Assembly (NCBI RefSeq): GCF_009914755.1
Contig: NC_060928.1
Reading direction: 5' to 3' (one strand)
From: the human T2T-CHM13v2.0 reference genome, Homo sapiens
DNA: 64,000 nucleotides
Below, piece by piece: positions 35,326 through 49,384 of the stretch. Position 1 is the first letter of the stretch, and every line of letters starts with the position of its first letter. Under the pieces are notes generated by a model. It did not search any database. It was not told the origin of the DNA and worked only from the letters and a program-made list of their open reading frames with translations. The position numbers and the translations under genes are program-made.

Positions 35326-35604
35326 TTTTTTCAGTCTTGCTTTGTCACTCAGACTGGAGTGCAGTGGCAGGGTCTCGGCTCACTGTAACCTCCACTTCCT
35401 GAGTTCAAGGGATTCTCCCGTCTCAGCCTCCTGAGTAGCTGGGACTGCAGGTGCTTCCCACCACACCCAGCTAATTTTTGTATTTATATTAGCGACGGGG
35501 TTTCACTGTATTGGCCAAGCTGCTCTCAAGCCCCTGACCTCGTGATCTGCCCACCTTGGCCTTGCAAAGTGCTGGGATTACAAGTGTGAGCCACCGCGCC
35601 CGGC
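35326..35604 (-). mobile_element. Alu at the VNTR end, TSD gtgtgtgcttacttt
   Basis: TSD copies at 35311-35325 and 35606-35620. Confidence 0.93.
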
Positions 35605-36864
35605 TGTGTGTGCTTACTTTCAAACAAGGTAGTCTCTGCAGCATACTGAGATGACATTGAGAAGAGGCTTGATAAGGTGCAGGAGGGCGTGTTCTGGGCA
35701 CAGGGCGCCCTGAGCGAGAGGGCCGAGAATGTCCTGCGGTGATTGAGGAGTCCACGCGGCAGGGGCAGAGGGAGAGGCAAAGGCAGAGGGAGGTGTGGGC
35801 TGTTGGCAGGGCCAGGGCCTGACCTCGATGGCCCTGAGGAGCCTCTGCGTCCACTCAGGCTTGTGTGTTCGGGAATCCCGTGGGTGCTGCGTTGAGGTCA
35901 GTGGGGCCTGGTGTGGCAGAGGCGAGGGTGCTGTGTGGGTGCCGCGTGTCCTTCAAGGCACAGCAGATTGGTTTCTAGGGGGGCCCAGTGTGAGGGAGGC
36001 GCAGGTGGCTCAGAGGTGTCTGGGGCTCCCTGGGGTGCAAGGCTGTCAGAGGAGGTCAGGGCAGGGAAGTCCTGATGGACGTGCCGGCCGCCCACTGACG
36101 TGCAGCCGTCAGACGTCTGGATGGGAGTTCAAAGCAGGGTTGGGCCAGAGGTGCCTGGAGAGGAAACGTGGAGTCGGGGGGTCTGTAGGGTAGCCCCGGG
36201 GGCGGCGCTGGGGGCCGGACTGCTGAAGCGCCCCCGAGCTCCCTGGGTATAACCTGCCTGGGCCTCCTGGACAGCTGCAGGCCTGCGGGGCCTGGGTTGA
36301 GGGGGATGTCACTGAGCTACACTCTGAGGCTGGTAGTGACTCTCATCTGGGGTCCCACCTTAGTGAATGTACCTTAGGTCTTTGTATGAACGCAAATATT
36401 TGTATAAACACTTAATTTAAAAAATGAGAGCTGATGTGCGCCTGTAATCCCAGCTACTGAGAAATGTCAGCCCAGCAGTGAGGCCTGTCCAGTCTCAGCC
36501 CTGTCCGTGTGAGTGCTGTGCTCTGTGTGTGGCCCCCACAGTGCCACGGTCCACGGAGGTGGGGTCGGCTGGCTCTGGCTGGGAGTTGGGGGCCCAGTTG
36601 CTCTAATGCAGGCAACACCCTGAGTGGGGCTGGGAGTCAAGGACCAGGCTGGGGGCTCGATGTCACAGGTGTGGGCAGGAGCCCATGGCCCTCTGAGAGC
36701 TTTGTGGCCACGGTAGGGGCTGGGCCATGGGGGAGGCAACTTTACTGCCTGGGGTCAGTTCCTGCCTGGCCAGAGATGGAGCAGGGATGCTTACTGTCTT
36801 TCGAGTCATGGACCCTTTTGAGAATTAAATTCAAAGCGCTGTCATGTTGTAGCATTGTTTTTCA

Positions 36865-37180
36865 TTTTCTTTTTTTTCTTTTTTCTTTTTTTAATTTTTT
36901 GAGTTAGAGTCTTGTGCTGTCACCCAGACTGGAGTGTAATGGCACTATCTTGGCTCATTGCAACCTCTGCTATACAGGTTCAAGCATTTCTCCTGCCTCA
37001 GGCTCCTGAGTAGCTGGGACTACAGGCACGTGCCACCATGCCCGGCTATTTTTTGTATTTTTAGTAGAGACGGTGTTTCACCATGTTGGTCAGGCTGGTG
37101 TCGAACTCCTGACCTTGTGATCTGCCTGCCTGGGCCTCCCAGAGTGCTGGGATTACAGGTGTGAGCCACCTCACCCGGCT
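36865..37180 (-). mobile_element. Alu
   Basis: Reverse-complement dimer. Confidence 0.95.
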
Positions 37181-38154
37181 GTTTTTCATTTTCTTAAAAA
37201 AACTTTTAGGGTGACATAGCTGTGCAGAGAACCATGTAAAGTTCCGTTTTCCTCCTAACCTGGTCGTCTCCAGCGGGAAGGAACAGAGAGTGCTTGGTGT
37301 GGTTCTGTGTGTCCGCACGAGGTTGATGAGAACCCTCGGTGCCTGGACTGTCTTCTCACCAGGCGCAGCTCAGGAACATGGTGGTGCCGGAGAGTGGTTT
37401 GTGTCTGTTCCTCCCTGGCTGCTGTGAGCCGCCCCCCCAGGTCCTGTGTCCTCCGCGCGGGTTGGCGAGGGAGCTGTGTGTGTCTGTGGTGCAGCTGCAA
37501 TGCGGGGTCCCGTCAGGGAACAGGAGCGAGGCGTTTACGCCATAAGGAGGTGGAGAAGGGATGGTGTGTGAGTTTGGCAGGTGCTGAGGGCTACAGTGGA
37601 GCTGGAGGGGCAGGACGGTGCAGGGCGGTGCAGGCAGGGTGTTTGGGGTCAGGCCAGCTGTGGAAAGGCCACAGGTGAACCAGGTGCGGAGACAAAGAGC
37701 TGGAGGCATCCGGTGGTCTGGCTGGGCCTCATCCGTGTCCTGCCGCTGCTGCAGTGATGCCAGGGGCATGGAAGGGACCCTAGCCCAGCTCCTCCCTTGG
37801 CAGTCGGAGCGTCGGGGCCGCATTATAGAGGGAGGGACTCTCCGGACGATGGGAACGAGAGTCCATTGGGATCGTAGCTGTGGTGCGGTTCACAGCGTTG
37901 TGAACAGCTAATGTTGGGCTGGGGGCATCTGTGGGGCCAGTTGCAGCAGTTTGGTCATTTTTGTGTGAAAATAAATGAAAACAGGTTTTGCAGAGCCCGT
38001 TGGTGAAGGCAGGGGTGCCTCTGGCATCGACTGGATGGCCTTTCCCTCCTGAGTGACAGCCCTGGACGTGCTGTCGCCTCATGAGGACGCCGATGTGGCC
38101 CTGCTGCCGGAGTATGCCAAGCACGAGGGGCCAGGTGGCACACAGCACCTGTGT

Positions 38155-38302
38155 GCCGCTGGGGAGGGTGACCGCGGGAGGAGCGCCCGTGCATCGCTGC
38201 AGAGGGTGACTGCGGGAGGAGTGCCCGCCCATGCATCGCTGGGGAGGGTGACTGCGGGAGGAGCGCCTGTGCATCGCTGTGGAGGGTGACTGTGCAGGAG
38301 GA
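38155..38302. repeat. ~38-42 bp repeat, ~3.5 copies
   Basis: gagggtgactgcgggaggagcgcc(c/t)gtgcatcgctg. Confidence 0.85.
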
Positions 38303-38474
38303 CAGAGTGCCACAAGGGAGAGCAGCAGAGTGGTTTCAGCTCCGGGAGGTGGGGCTGCCCGTCCAGAGAGGTGCAGGGTCTCTTGTCAGGTGGACAGGGG
38401 CTGGCCCACCCGTGAGTGGGTAGGGCCTCCTGCCAGGGAGCCTTGTGCATGGCTGGGAGGACGGCAAGGCTGAT

Positions 38475-38702
38475 GTGGACGCAGCCCCGACGTGAACAGG
38501 ACCCCACGTGGACGGGCAGTGACGTGCGTGTGGACCCGGGGTGGACGGGCGGTGACGTGCGTGTGGACCCGGGGTGGACGGGCGGTGACGTGCGTGTGGA
38601 CCCGGGGTGGACGGGCGGTGACGTGCGTGTGGACCCGGCGTGGACGGGCGGTGACGTGCGTGTGGACCCGGCGTGGACGCAGCCCCGACGTGAATGGATG
38701 TG
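38475..38702 (-). repeat. 33 bp CpG-rich minisatellite, ~5 copies (left arm of an inverted pair)
   Basis: Unit gtggacgggcggtgacgtgcgtgtggacccgg(g/c). Confidence 0.95.
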
Positions 38703-39597
38703 GTTCCGACGTGACTGCGCTGGCATGGGAAGCAGAGGGTGAGGCTCGGCTCTGCTGTCAGGAGGACATGTCAGACTTCTGTCTCTAAGATACTGCTCAG
38801 ACTTGTGTGGAGGGTGAATTAGTGCGAGGGCGGCTTGGAGAAGCCTGTCCTGGGCGGGTTTCACCACTTGGACGGGAGCTCTGGCATGGTCCAGGGAGTG
38901 GCCGAGGACAGCAAGGAGGAGATGACCCCATGGGCAAGCAGGAGCTCAGATGGGAGGCATGGAGCAGACGGGACTCCACGTGGCACCACCCCTCCCACCT
39001 GGGCTGGGCACCCATGAGGCTGAGGACCCTGGGGAGGGAACGCTGCTTGTCGGGCGGTGGTGACGATTTCATGGATGTTTGTGAAACCAACCTCACTGCC
39101 CCATTACAACAGTGCGGGCCCTGATTCTCATGGTTCCCCAGTGAGGCTGTTCCACGGTGGCACAGGACACGCCTGCAGCTTTGTGCCTGTGAATCTCAGG
39201 AGCTGTTTTCTGGAAAGTTCCATAACTCAGCAAAACTGACTCACAAACAACAGAAACTTCAAGGCTGTCCTAAGATATGGGTGGCAGAAGAAAATGTGCC
39301 CCAGGCATGGGCTTGTGATGCCGGCTCTTCCTCCTGGCAGAGCTCCCCAGAGGAAGGCTGGGCTGGGCAGTCAGCCAGACGGGAAAGGGGGCTGAGGCGT
39401 CCAGGCTGCAGAGGGTGCCGGGGTGGAGAGCGGAAGAGAGAGGGAGTCGGTGCCTTAGGAGGCTGCGGGCGAGGCGAGGGCAGAGTGCACTCGCTGGGGG
39501 TCACCCTGCCCCCCAGGACTCCTTTCACAGGACAGAGAAGCTCCTGGTGAGCGGGGCTGCTGAACGCAGGCCCCAGGGCCTGTAGGACCCTTAGGGA

Positions 39598-39942
39598 GAC
39601 GGGTGGCTCTGCGTGTGGGTGTGGAGAGAGGCCTGTGGGAGACGGATGGATGGGTGTCTCTGTGTATGGGCATGGGGAGGGGCCTGTGGGAGGTGGATGG
39701 GTTGGGTGGCTCTGTGTATGGGCATGGGGAGGGGCCTGTGGGAGGTGGGTGGATGGGTGTCTCTGCATGTGGGTGTGGAAAGAGGCCTGTGGGAGACTGG
39801 TGGATGGGTGGCTCTGCGTGTGGGCGTGGAGAGAGGCCTGTGGGAGGTGGGTGGACATGTGTCGCTGCATGTGGGTGTGGGGAGAGGCCTGTGGGAGGTG
39901 GATGGGTTGGGTGGCTCTGTGTGTGGGCGTGGAGAGGCCCGT
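39598..39942. repeat. ~50 bp G-rich minisatellite, ~7 copies
   Basis: gaggcctgtgggaggtgggtggatgggtggctctg(c/t)gtgtgggtgtgga. Confidence 0.92.
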
Positions 39943-40408
39943 GGCAGCTCCTTCGTTGCAGAAACCGCATCGGAGCACATCGCGTAGTGCAGGACACACG
40001 GGGCGTGGGACGGTGTCTGTGTGAGAGCAGCATCTGTGTGTATGCAGTGTTATCTAAGGACACACCCACAGACACGGACACGTCCTTACGCAGAGAACAG
40101 CCGCTGCCTCTTAGTGTTCAGGATGATACGTTTTTCCTTAATATCATCCTTCGCTTTGCACATCATACTGAATACGTGTGTATGTGACTTTTACTGCAAA
40201 ACAAAACAAAAAGCAGAAGCTACTGTGTTATCCAGACGGCTGTGTGCTGCAGGCGCGACTCAGAACAGCAGCTCCTCCCAGCATCCCGCAGCTAAATGAC
40301 AGGAGCTGGAGGCTGCCCCAGGCAGCGGCGTGGCTGGCGTGCGGAGTGTTTTGGGGGTGTCTGAGCTGGGTGGAGAGGAAGGCATATGTCACACTGAGGC
40401 ATCAGAGA

Positions 40409-41115
40409 CACATCCATTCACGTCGGGGCTGTGTCCGCGCCGGGTCCACACTCAGTCATCGCCCGTCCGCGCCGGGTCCACACTCAGTCATCGCCCGTCC
40501 GCGCCGGGTCCACACTCGCGTCATCGCCCGTCCGCGCCGGGTCCACACTCAGTCATCGCCGTCCGCGCCGGGTCCACACTCGCGTCATCACCTGTCTGCG
40601 CTGGGTCCACACTCGCGTCATCACCTGTCTGCGCTGGGTCCACACTCGCGTCATCGCCCACCCACGCCGGGTCCACACTCGCGACATCGCCATCCACGCC
40701 GGGTCCACACTCGCGTCATCGCCATCCACGCCGGGTCCACACTCGCGACATCGCCATCCACGCCGGGTCCACACTCGCGACATCGCCATCCACGCCGGGT
40801 CCACACTCGCGTCATCGCCATCCACGCCGGGTCCACACTCGCGTCATCGCCATCCACGCCGGGTCCACACTCGCGACATCGCCCGCCCGCGCCGGGTCCA
40901 CACTCAGTCATCGCCCGTCCGTGCCGGGTCCACATTCGCGTCATCGCCATCCACGCCGGGTCCACACTCACGTCATCGCCATCCACGCCGGGTCCACACT
41001 CGCGTCATCGCCCACCCGCGCCGGGTCCACACTCGCGTCATCGCCGTCCGTGCCGGGTCCACACTCAGTCATCGCCGTCCGCGCCGGGTCCACACTCGGT
41101 CATCGCCATCCGCGC
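40409..41115 (+). repeat. 31-33 bp CpG-rich minisatellite, ~21 copies (right arm of the inverted pair)
   Basis: Unit cgccgggtccacactc(gc/a)gtcatcgcc(cg/a)tcc(a/g). Confidence 0.95.
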
Positions 41116-42472
41116 GGGGATGTGTCTGAAAAGTGTGGTGAGAGCTGTGTTCCCTGCGCATTTCTGAAGGCTCCTAGCCGCTGCAGTTGCCGGGAGCCAT
41201 GGAGCCACGTGACCTTGAGGTCCACCGGGGAGAGGAGGGTGCATTTCGGAGGCTAGAAGTGGCACCTGGAGGGGCTGGCCCTGGGTGTGATCATTGAGAG
41301 GAGGGAGGTGGAAAAAGATCTGGAAGATGCCCTTGGGAAGCAGAAGAAGGTGGGTGACCAGAGTGGGGTGCCCAGAGGGTAGGGCAGGGCAGACCAGAGG
41401 AGGGGGTGGGCTTGGCACCCCCGGGAAGGAGGGATGGGGCTCTGTGAAAGTGAGAGCTGTGTGGACGTGGAGCTTGTGAGTCTGACCAGGAAAGACAGAG
41501 GGTTCCAGACGGTGCGGGGGCCCCTTCAGTCTGGTTGTGTGGGGCAGGGTCCTCACCCCCAGGTGAGGGGGCCTTGTAGGGCAGATTCCTGGAAGACCCT
41601 CAAGACGCAGGAGCGGAGGCTGCTGGCTGGATGGGGATGGAGCCGAGAGCTGAGCGGGCAGCCCAGGCCTGAAGGACAGCACAGGGGCCTCTGTGAGGCC
41701 AGGAGGGGCTGGAGTGCAACACCCCCTGTGACCCAGGTCTGGTGTGTGACGCGTCAGGCCCCACGGCACCGCAGGCTGGCTGGCTCCCCAGAAGGCCTGT
41801 GGTCTCCATGGCCGCAGCGCATTCCGGGGACAGGGCAGAGTGGAGTCAGCAGAGGGAGGAGGCGTGTGGGGCGTCCAGGGATCAAGGGGTCTCTGGGCCT
41901 TGCTCCCTTCCCCAGCAGCTGTGAGGATGGTGGGGGCTGCTGTCTGCCCAGGACTGCAAGCGTCAGGCACAGCAGCTGCTGTTAACAGTCAAGGAATGTT
42001 CGGGTCAGTTTGAGAACTTCAGGGCCCAATGGCAGAGCCCCGGCAGAAAGACTCAGGGCAGATGGTGGTTGTCAGCCGGGAGGGGGCACGGAGCCCTGGG
42101 GGTGGTCAGGCCCACGTGGCCTTGGGACGAGAGCGAAGAGGTGGGATCGGCTGCGGGAGACAGGGAAGTGGGTGACAAGGAGGCTCAGGGGCTACAGCAA
42201 AGGCCCCGGAGGCTTTTCCACACCCGAGTCCGTCCTCGGCCATGCCAGCCAGGTCAGGGGCTCAGTCCTGTGGGCCACCACAGCCGGCCGCACAGGCAGG
42301 GAAGGTGAAGCTCCACGGAGCACCCTGGTGGACAGCGGTGCTGTGGGGGCCATGGACCAGAAGGCGGAGCCCATGCTGTGGGCTGGGTGGGGTGGCAGCT
42401 GCCAGTTCAAAGTCTGTCTTTTGTTTATTTACTTCATAAAATACTCCAGGTGTTTTGTTAGAAATTATTCTT

Positions 42473-43068
<596 letters not shown>

Positions 43069-43429
43069 TCAGGTCACCAGAGCCTGCGCTTCTGTGGTTG
43101 GTTTTGATGAGGACTCGTATTTCAGCTCCTGTCTCTCCTTGTCAGAGGCCGTGTGAGGTGCGTATTGCGGACCGCCGGCCGCGCTGTGAGGGGTGTACAT
43201 GTGGAGCCGTGACAATCGTGGGAAGTTCTGTTTCCAGCTTTAAGCTTTCGTTTATATTTCTGCATATTAAGAAATGATAAATTAAGACCTAATGAGAAGT
43301 TGTGGACTAGACGTGGGGTGTGTAGGCTGCTGGGAGGAGGGGCAGCGGCCCTGAGGGGTTGTGGGGCCCATGGGACCATCTGACCCAGTGCATGGCGGAG
43401 CCGTGTCCACGTGAGGAGGGAGTAGGAAC

Positions 43430-43690
43430 GGGCTCTGCGCTGTGGCTCCGTGGGCTGCCGAGGGCTGCTGTGGGCTCTGCGCTGTGGCTCCGTGGGCTGC
43501 CGAAGGCTGCTGTGGGCTCTGCGCTGTGGCTGTGTGGGCTGCCGAGGGCTGCTGTGGGCTCTGCGCTGTGGCTGTGTGGGCTGCCGAGGGCTGCTGTGGG
43601 CTCTGCGCTGTGGCTGTGTGGGCTGCCGAGGGCTGCTGTGGGCTCTGTGCTGTGGCTGTGTGGGCTGCAGAGGGCTGCTGTGGGTTCTGC
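43430..43690. repeat. 42 bp minisatellite, ~6 copies
   Basis: gggctctgcgctgtggctgtgtgggctgccgagggctgctgt. Confidence 0.95.
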
Positions 43691-44430
43691 TCTTATTTGC
43701 CCAGGGGAAACCCGAGTCGCTGCCCCTCCTGTCCAGCCTCAGCGCTCGTCCCCGGGTCCCCCAGCAGGTGACCACAGATGATGACGGAGCCTCCTGGAAC
43801 CGCCTCAGTTTCCCCAGCTGGCCCCTCACTGGCCTCCCCATTTCAGGAGCCCCAGGGCCACTCTCCGCCAGGCTCTCTGTGTCTCCGATTAACCCTCAGG
43901 TCGTCCCAGCCTCTTCCGAGCCATGGTTAGGATCGGCCCCGTCCACCGTGTGTCCATGGAAGTGAAACAGGCCACCAGCAGTGGGCAGCCGCGGGCGGGA
44001 TGGGCTGTGGGGCAGAGGCTGGCGGGCAGGAATGGTCTCGTGGGTGCGCACCTGGCCTGTGTGGCGCTGCGGCCGTGGCTTCTGCATGCCAGGGTCAGCA
44101 GCCATCTTGTCGGGTTTTTAATGTGCATTTCCCAGTTCACTGATACAGTTGAGCATTTAAAACATGCTTGTTTGAAATTTCTCTTTTGTGAAGCTCTCTG
44201 TTGGCTAGAGTGGGGCTGGCAAACCCTGTGAGGGAGCAGATGGTGAATATCGTGCGGCCCCAGGCCTCCCTCCAACGAGCAGCGCTGTGTGCTGGGAGCA
44301 GGCCCTGCGGGGGCCAGCAAACCCGCTCACACAGCCCACGGGGCACAGCCGGGCCACGATGGCCAGGCCCTGGTCTAGGTTGTGGCCCTGGAGGCACTGC
44401 CGAAATTTCCCTCAGGCCTTGGCTTTTTTT

Positions 44431-44650
44431 CTCCATGGTGCTTTTGAATAACTCAGGGTGCTTATCTTTGACTTTGTCATTTCCTTCATGGTCAGTTTTG
44501 TTTTCTGTCTCGTAAATCTTCTCCTCATCCACGATCATGACGATACCCTCCTTAGCAACCTCCAAAGGTTCACGGTCGCCTTTTCCATTGTCCTCACCCA
44601 CCCGGCCCTGGTTATTTTTGGGGTGGGATGGTGCAATACAAGCTGACAGT
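44431..44650 (-). pseudogene. Candidate short retroposed coding fragment, source unknown
   Basis: Flanking direct repeat ttggc(T)nct; purine-rich open frame on the minus strand with coding-like codons. Confidence 0.45.
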
Positions 44651-45153
44651 TTGGCTTTTTTTTTTCTAATTTCACCACAGGAATGATGTTTATGGTGTAT
44701 GTTTTTAATTCTAAGATACACACTAAAATTCACCAGTTTTATTGTGCAGTTTGGGGACTTTTCACCCCCTGTCCAGTTTCATGGACTTGCCGGCAGTGCT
44801 GGCCCAGAGCTCGGTCCCCGCAGGCCTCCCTCAGGTCCCTCTGTGGCCAGTCCCTGCCTTGCCTGGACTGTGTGTGCCTGTGTCCTCCCACCAGACTTGC
44901 CGTTGTTCTGGAATTGAGTGGCGTGTGGGAACGTGTGTGCGCTCCTGCGTCTGCCCCTCTCCCCTGTGGGATCGTGGGCACCTGCGTTGCTCACTCTCAC
45001 TGCCGAGCCGCATCTGCGTGGGGAGGGGTTACGCTGTGTTTATCATCCGCCTTCTGATGGACTAACTAGGTGGTTGTTTCCAGTTTGGGGCTGTTAGGAA
45101 AAGGGCTGCTTTGAACATTGTTGTATAAGACTTTGAGAGGATGTGTGTGTTAG

Positions 45154-45466
<313 letters not shown>

Positions 45467-46097
45467 GAGTTTTGTTTTTTTTAAATCATGAATGGACAAT
45501 TATTTTGTCAAATGATTTTTATGCACCTGCTGGGAAGATCATGTGATTTTTCTCCTTGTATCTTTTGTCATAAATTGTATCTTTTTCCCATAGGCATTAA
45601 GCCCACGTTGTTTTCTAGGACTCTGAGTTTGTCAAGAATGATTATCTTTTTGTATATTGCTTAAAAAGGATGACTAACCGTTTTCTTTGGATTTTCACCT
45701 CTGTGTTTCCTGGTGAGGTTAACGTTGAGTTCTTTCCGTCTGCCATGGTCAGTGCCTGGTTTTGTCAGGCTCATAGTGTGAGTTGGAAAAAGGCTCCTTT
45801 TAGTTCTCTGAGAAGAGTATGAGACTGAATTATTTGTGCCCTGAGCGTCTGGTGAAACCACCTGCATCCCTCCGGGGCCTGATGCTGTCTTGGAAGGGAC
45901 TTTCTGACCATTGACCTGGCTCCCTGTAGGTTCTGGAACTTCCTGGGTTTTCTCTGCTAGTCTCAATGCTGGTGAATTACTGTTCTAGGAACTTAGCAGT
46001 TTCACGTAAACTTTCCATTTTATTAGGGTCAAGTTCATCATATCTTGTCCGTGCTCGGACGTCACCTGCTTTAGGTGCACCCGGTTTAATAGTGCAC

Positions 46098-46536
46098 GGC
46101 CAGCTCCCCCGAATCCATGGGTCCAGTCAACACAGATTGAAAATGTTTGGGAACCAAAACAATAACAAATAACAGTACAACAATAACAATAATGCACATC
46201 TTAAAAATACAGTAGAACAACCATTGACATAGTGTTTACAGCATGTTAAGTGTCGTAAGTAATCTGGGGATGGCGTAGAGTGCGTGGGGGGTGGCGTGCA
46301 CAGCGTGTTAAGTGTCGTAAGTAATCTGGGGATGGCGTAGAGTGCGTGGGGGGTGGCGTGCACAGCGTGTTAAGTGTCGTAAGTAATCTGGGGATGGCGT
46401 AGAGCGCGTTGGGGGGCAGCGTGCATAGCTTCTGTGCAGACTCGACACCACTTCATGTCCGGGACTTGAGCACCTGTGGATTTTGGTATCAGCGGCGTCC
46501 TGGAACTAGTCCCCCACGGATACCAAGGGATGGCTG
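46098..46536 (-). mobile_element. MER2 (Tigger-derived DNA element) with an internal ~63 bp x3 tandem amplification (46245-46425)
   Basis: gggacttgagcacctgtggattttggtatc...cctggaactagtcccccacggataccaagggatggctg matches the recalled MER2 end. Confidence 0.8.
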
Positions 46537-46719
46537 TGTGTCACCTTCTAACATAGTAAATAATTGACCTGTTTGTTAGTTATTGTCTGTCTTCCTTCAT
46601 TAGAATGCTGGCTCCAAGGTCTGTGTCTGTGTTTTCACTGAAGTCTGAGAACTCCTGTCAGGAGCCGCCAGCTGTACCAGCCAACACAGGAGCCACTGGC
46701 CACAGTTTAACTAAAATTA

Positions 46720-47370
<651 letters not shown>

Positions 47371-48557
47371 ATAATGAGATCCTTCAGTCCCACAAGCCAC
47401 AGTTCAGGTGCTCCACGCCATGTGTGGTCAGCAGCTGTGCTGTTGGGTAGTGGAGATGTGGAAGCCCCCAGTGTTGCAGAATATTCCGGAAGCCTGGCTT
47501 TGAGCCTGGCTTCATTCTCTTCATCTTGTTTCTCTTCTCCCTAACTCAAGTGCCTCAGACATGCCTGCTGATCTCCCCTTATATTTGCCTGGGAAGACTA
47601 ACTCTACTCTTTCCCTTCTTCCTCCCTTTTTATGTAAAAGTTAACTGAGCTTCAAAGATTAGTTAATAAAAAGTGCAGTTATGGGAAACCGGAAGAGTAG
47701 AAATGATACAAACGGGGTAGAAAATGAAGAGCATGAAAGTATTTAATCTCTGTCACTAAGCCACAGACACTGTACGTCATCCCAGGCCCCCACTTTCCCC
47801 AGTCTGACTCCAGCCACCTGTTTCCCCAACTCACACAGGAACGTGTGGGAGGCCACCGAGGTTCCCGGGGAAGCACTCCCAGCATGGCAGCCACCCTGAT
47901 GCCCCATCCCAGACGCAGGGTCCCTACGTGGTCCCCTGGTCCCGGGTGGGGACTGTGTCCCTCCCCTGCCCCTCCCTCCCTGTCTGAGGCCCCAGGTGCC
48001 CTCCCTGTCCTCATCCCCACTGAGCCCAACACCAGGCTCAGTGCCCACGCCGGGGCCCTTGGTGCACGTCTGGTAGGCGCAGGCAGGTCTGTGACTGGGA
48101 GAGAACATGGTGCCCTGTGCACAGCAGCAGAATTGCGGGCATCTCTTGGCTGCGTCGTGGAGCCAGCCGTCACTGCCTTGCCTCTGAGGTCTTGCATTTG
48201 CCCAGATCACCCCTGAAATTCACCCCTCCTCTGGGGGGCTCCACAGACTCACATCCTGCCTTCTTGGGCCCAAAACAGCATGATGGGGCCCCCAGCTGCC
48301 CCCCCACCCCCGTGGGCCACGTGCCCACTCCTGCTGTCTCCGATGCCTTGGGCCTGGGCTCAGAGACGCCCGACAGGCACCGAGACCAGCCCGTGTCTCC
48401 CGGGTAGAGCCTGTTCTTCACGGTCCCTGTGAAGAACTTTTGGTTATTTTAAGCAAGGAACAGAGCAGTGTAACCGAGCCAGGCTTGGCACCGCGGGTGG
48501 GGTGGGGGTCGTCCGCCTCCGGCCCACGGGTAACCCTGTTGTGCTTTTTCTCCGCAG

Positions 48558-48596
48558 GCGTCACAATGTAGCAGGGACCCCAGGCGTCGTGCTCAG
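48558..48596 (+). other. PCGF3: PCGF3 5'UTR exon (39 nt)
   Basis: Strong acceptor ctttttctccgcag| and consensus donor CAG|GTAAGT. Confidence 0.8.
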
Positions 48597-48897
48597 GTAA
48601 GTGCGCGTAGGCCGACTGCCCTCTTCTTTCCGCACCTGTGAACTGCCGGACTCCGCCGGGACCACGCTTTGTGCATGTGGTCGGCGTTCCTTGCAGTGCC
48701 TCTGAAACGCAGGCTCTGAGGACAGGCTGGAGCCATGCGTGGGTCCTTAGCTTTTCTCCCGGTCAGTACTTCTGATTGACCCCATTCCGCCCTTTGCTCG
48801 GTAGGGCTTGGTTGCAAGTTCCAGTAGGAATGGCGGAGTTGTGGCAGTCACACATCCATGACGCGAAGTGAACTAACAGGTGCCGTTTCTGTGCTAG

Positions 48898-49038
48898 AAA
48901 ATGGAAAAAGAGCCAGGGCCGGAAGGAGGGTGCAGAAGCGAGTCCGCGTGCGGAGCCAGGAGGCAGCGTCGCGTGGGAGTGCTGGCCTGAAGCCTCCATG
49001 CCCCGGCAGAGGGACGGACACGCGGACGTCTAGCGGAG
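48898..49038 (+). other. PCGF3: PCGF3 5'UTR exon (141 nt)
   Basis: Branch point actaac at 48872, acceptor tttctgtgctag|, donor GAG|GTGAGG. Confidence 0.75.
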
Positions 49039-49384
49039 GTGAGGCCCACGCCCCCCGACCCCGGGGGTCCTGCTGACTCCTTGCCCTGCCCTGTTGCTGG
49101 TTGTGGCGAGGGCCGGCGATCATTAGGAGCCAGCTGGTCAGGACACGATGCAGTGTTCACGGTTCACTGCCGAGTTTTCCTGGCCCCTCCTGTGAGAGTC
49201 CAAGGTCCAGCCAGCTGTGGGGGTCCCAGGCCTCGATGGCAGTGCGGGGTGCAGAGGGCTGGTCTCCTTCCGTCACTGGTTCACTTGGGTTCCCGGCGTG
49301 TCGCCGAGGAGCAGTGCTGCTTGGGGGCCGAGCCTGGGGCCTCAGCCCAGTGAGTTGTGAGGCGGTCGGCTAGCATCCTGCAGG

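Noticed and set aside
38053-38140. Coding-looking stretch ALDVLSPHEDADVALLPEYAKHEG
   Set aside because: Short, weak splice signals, no recognisable homology or TSD.
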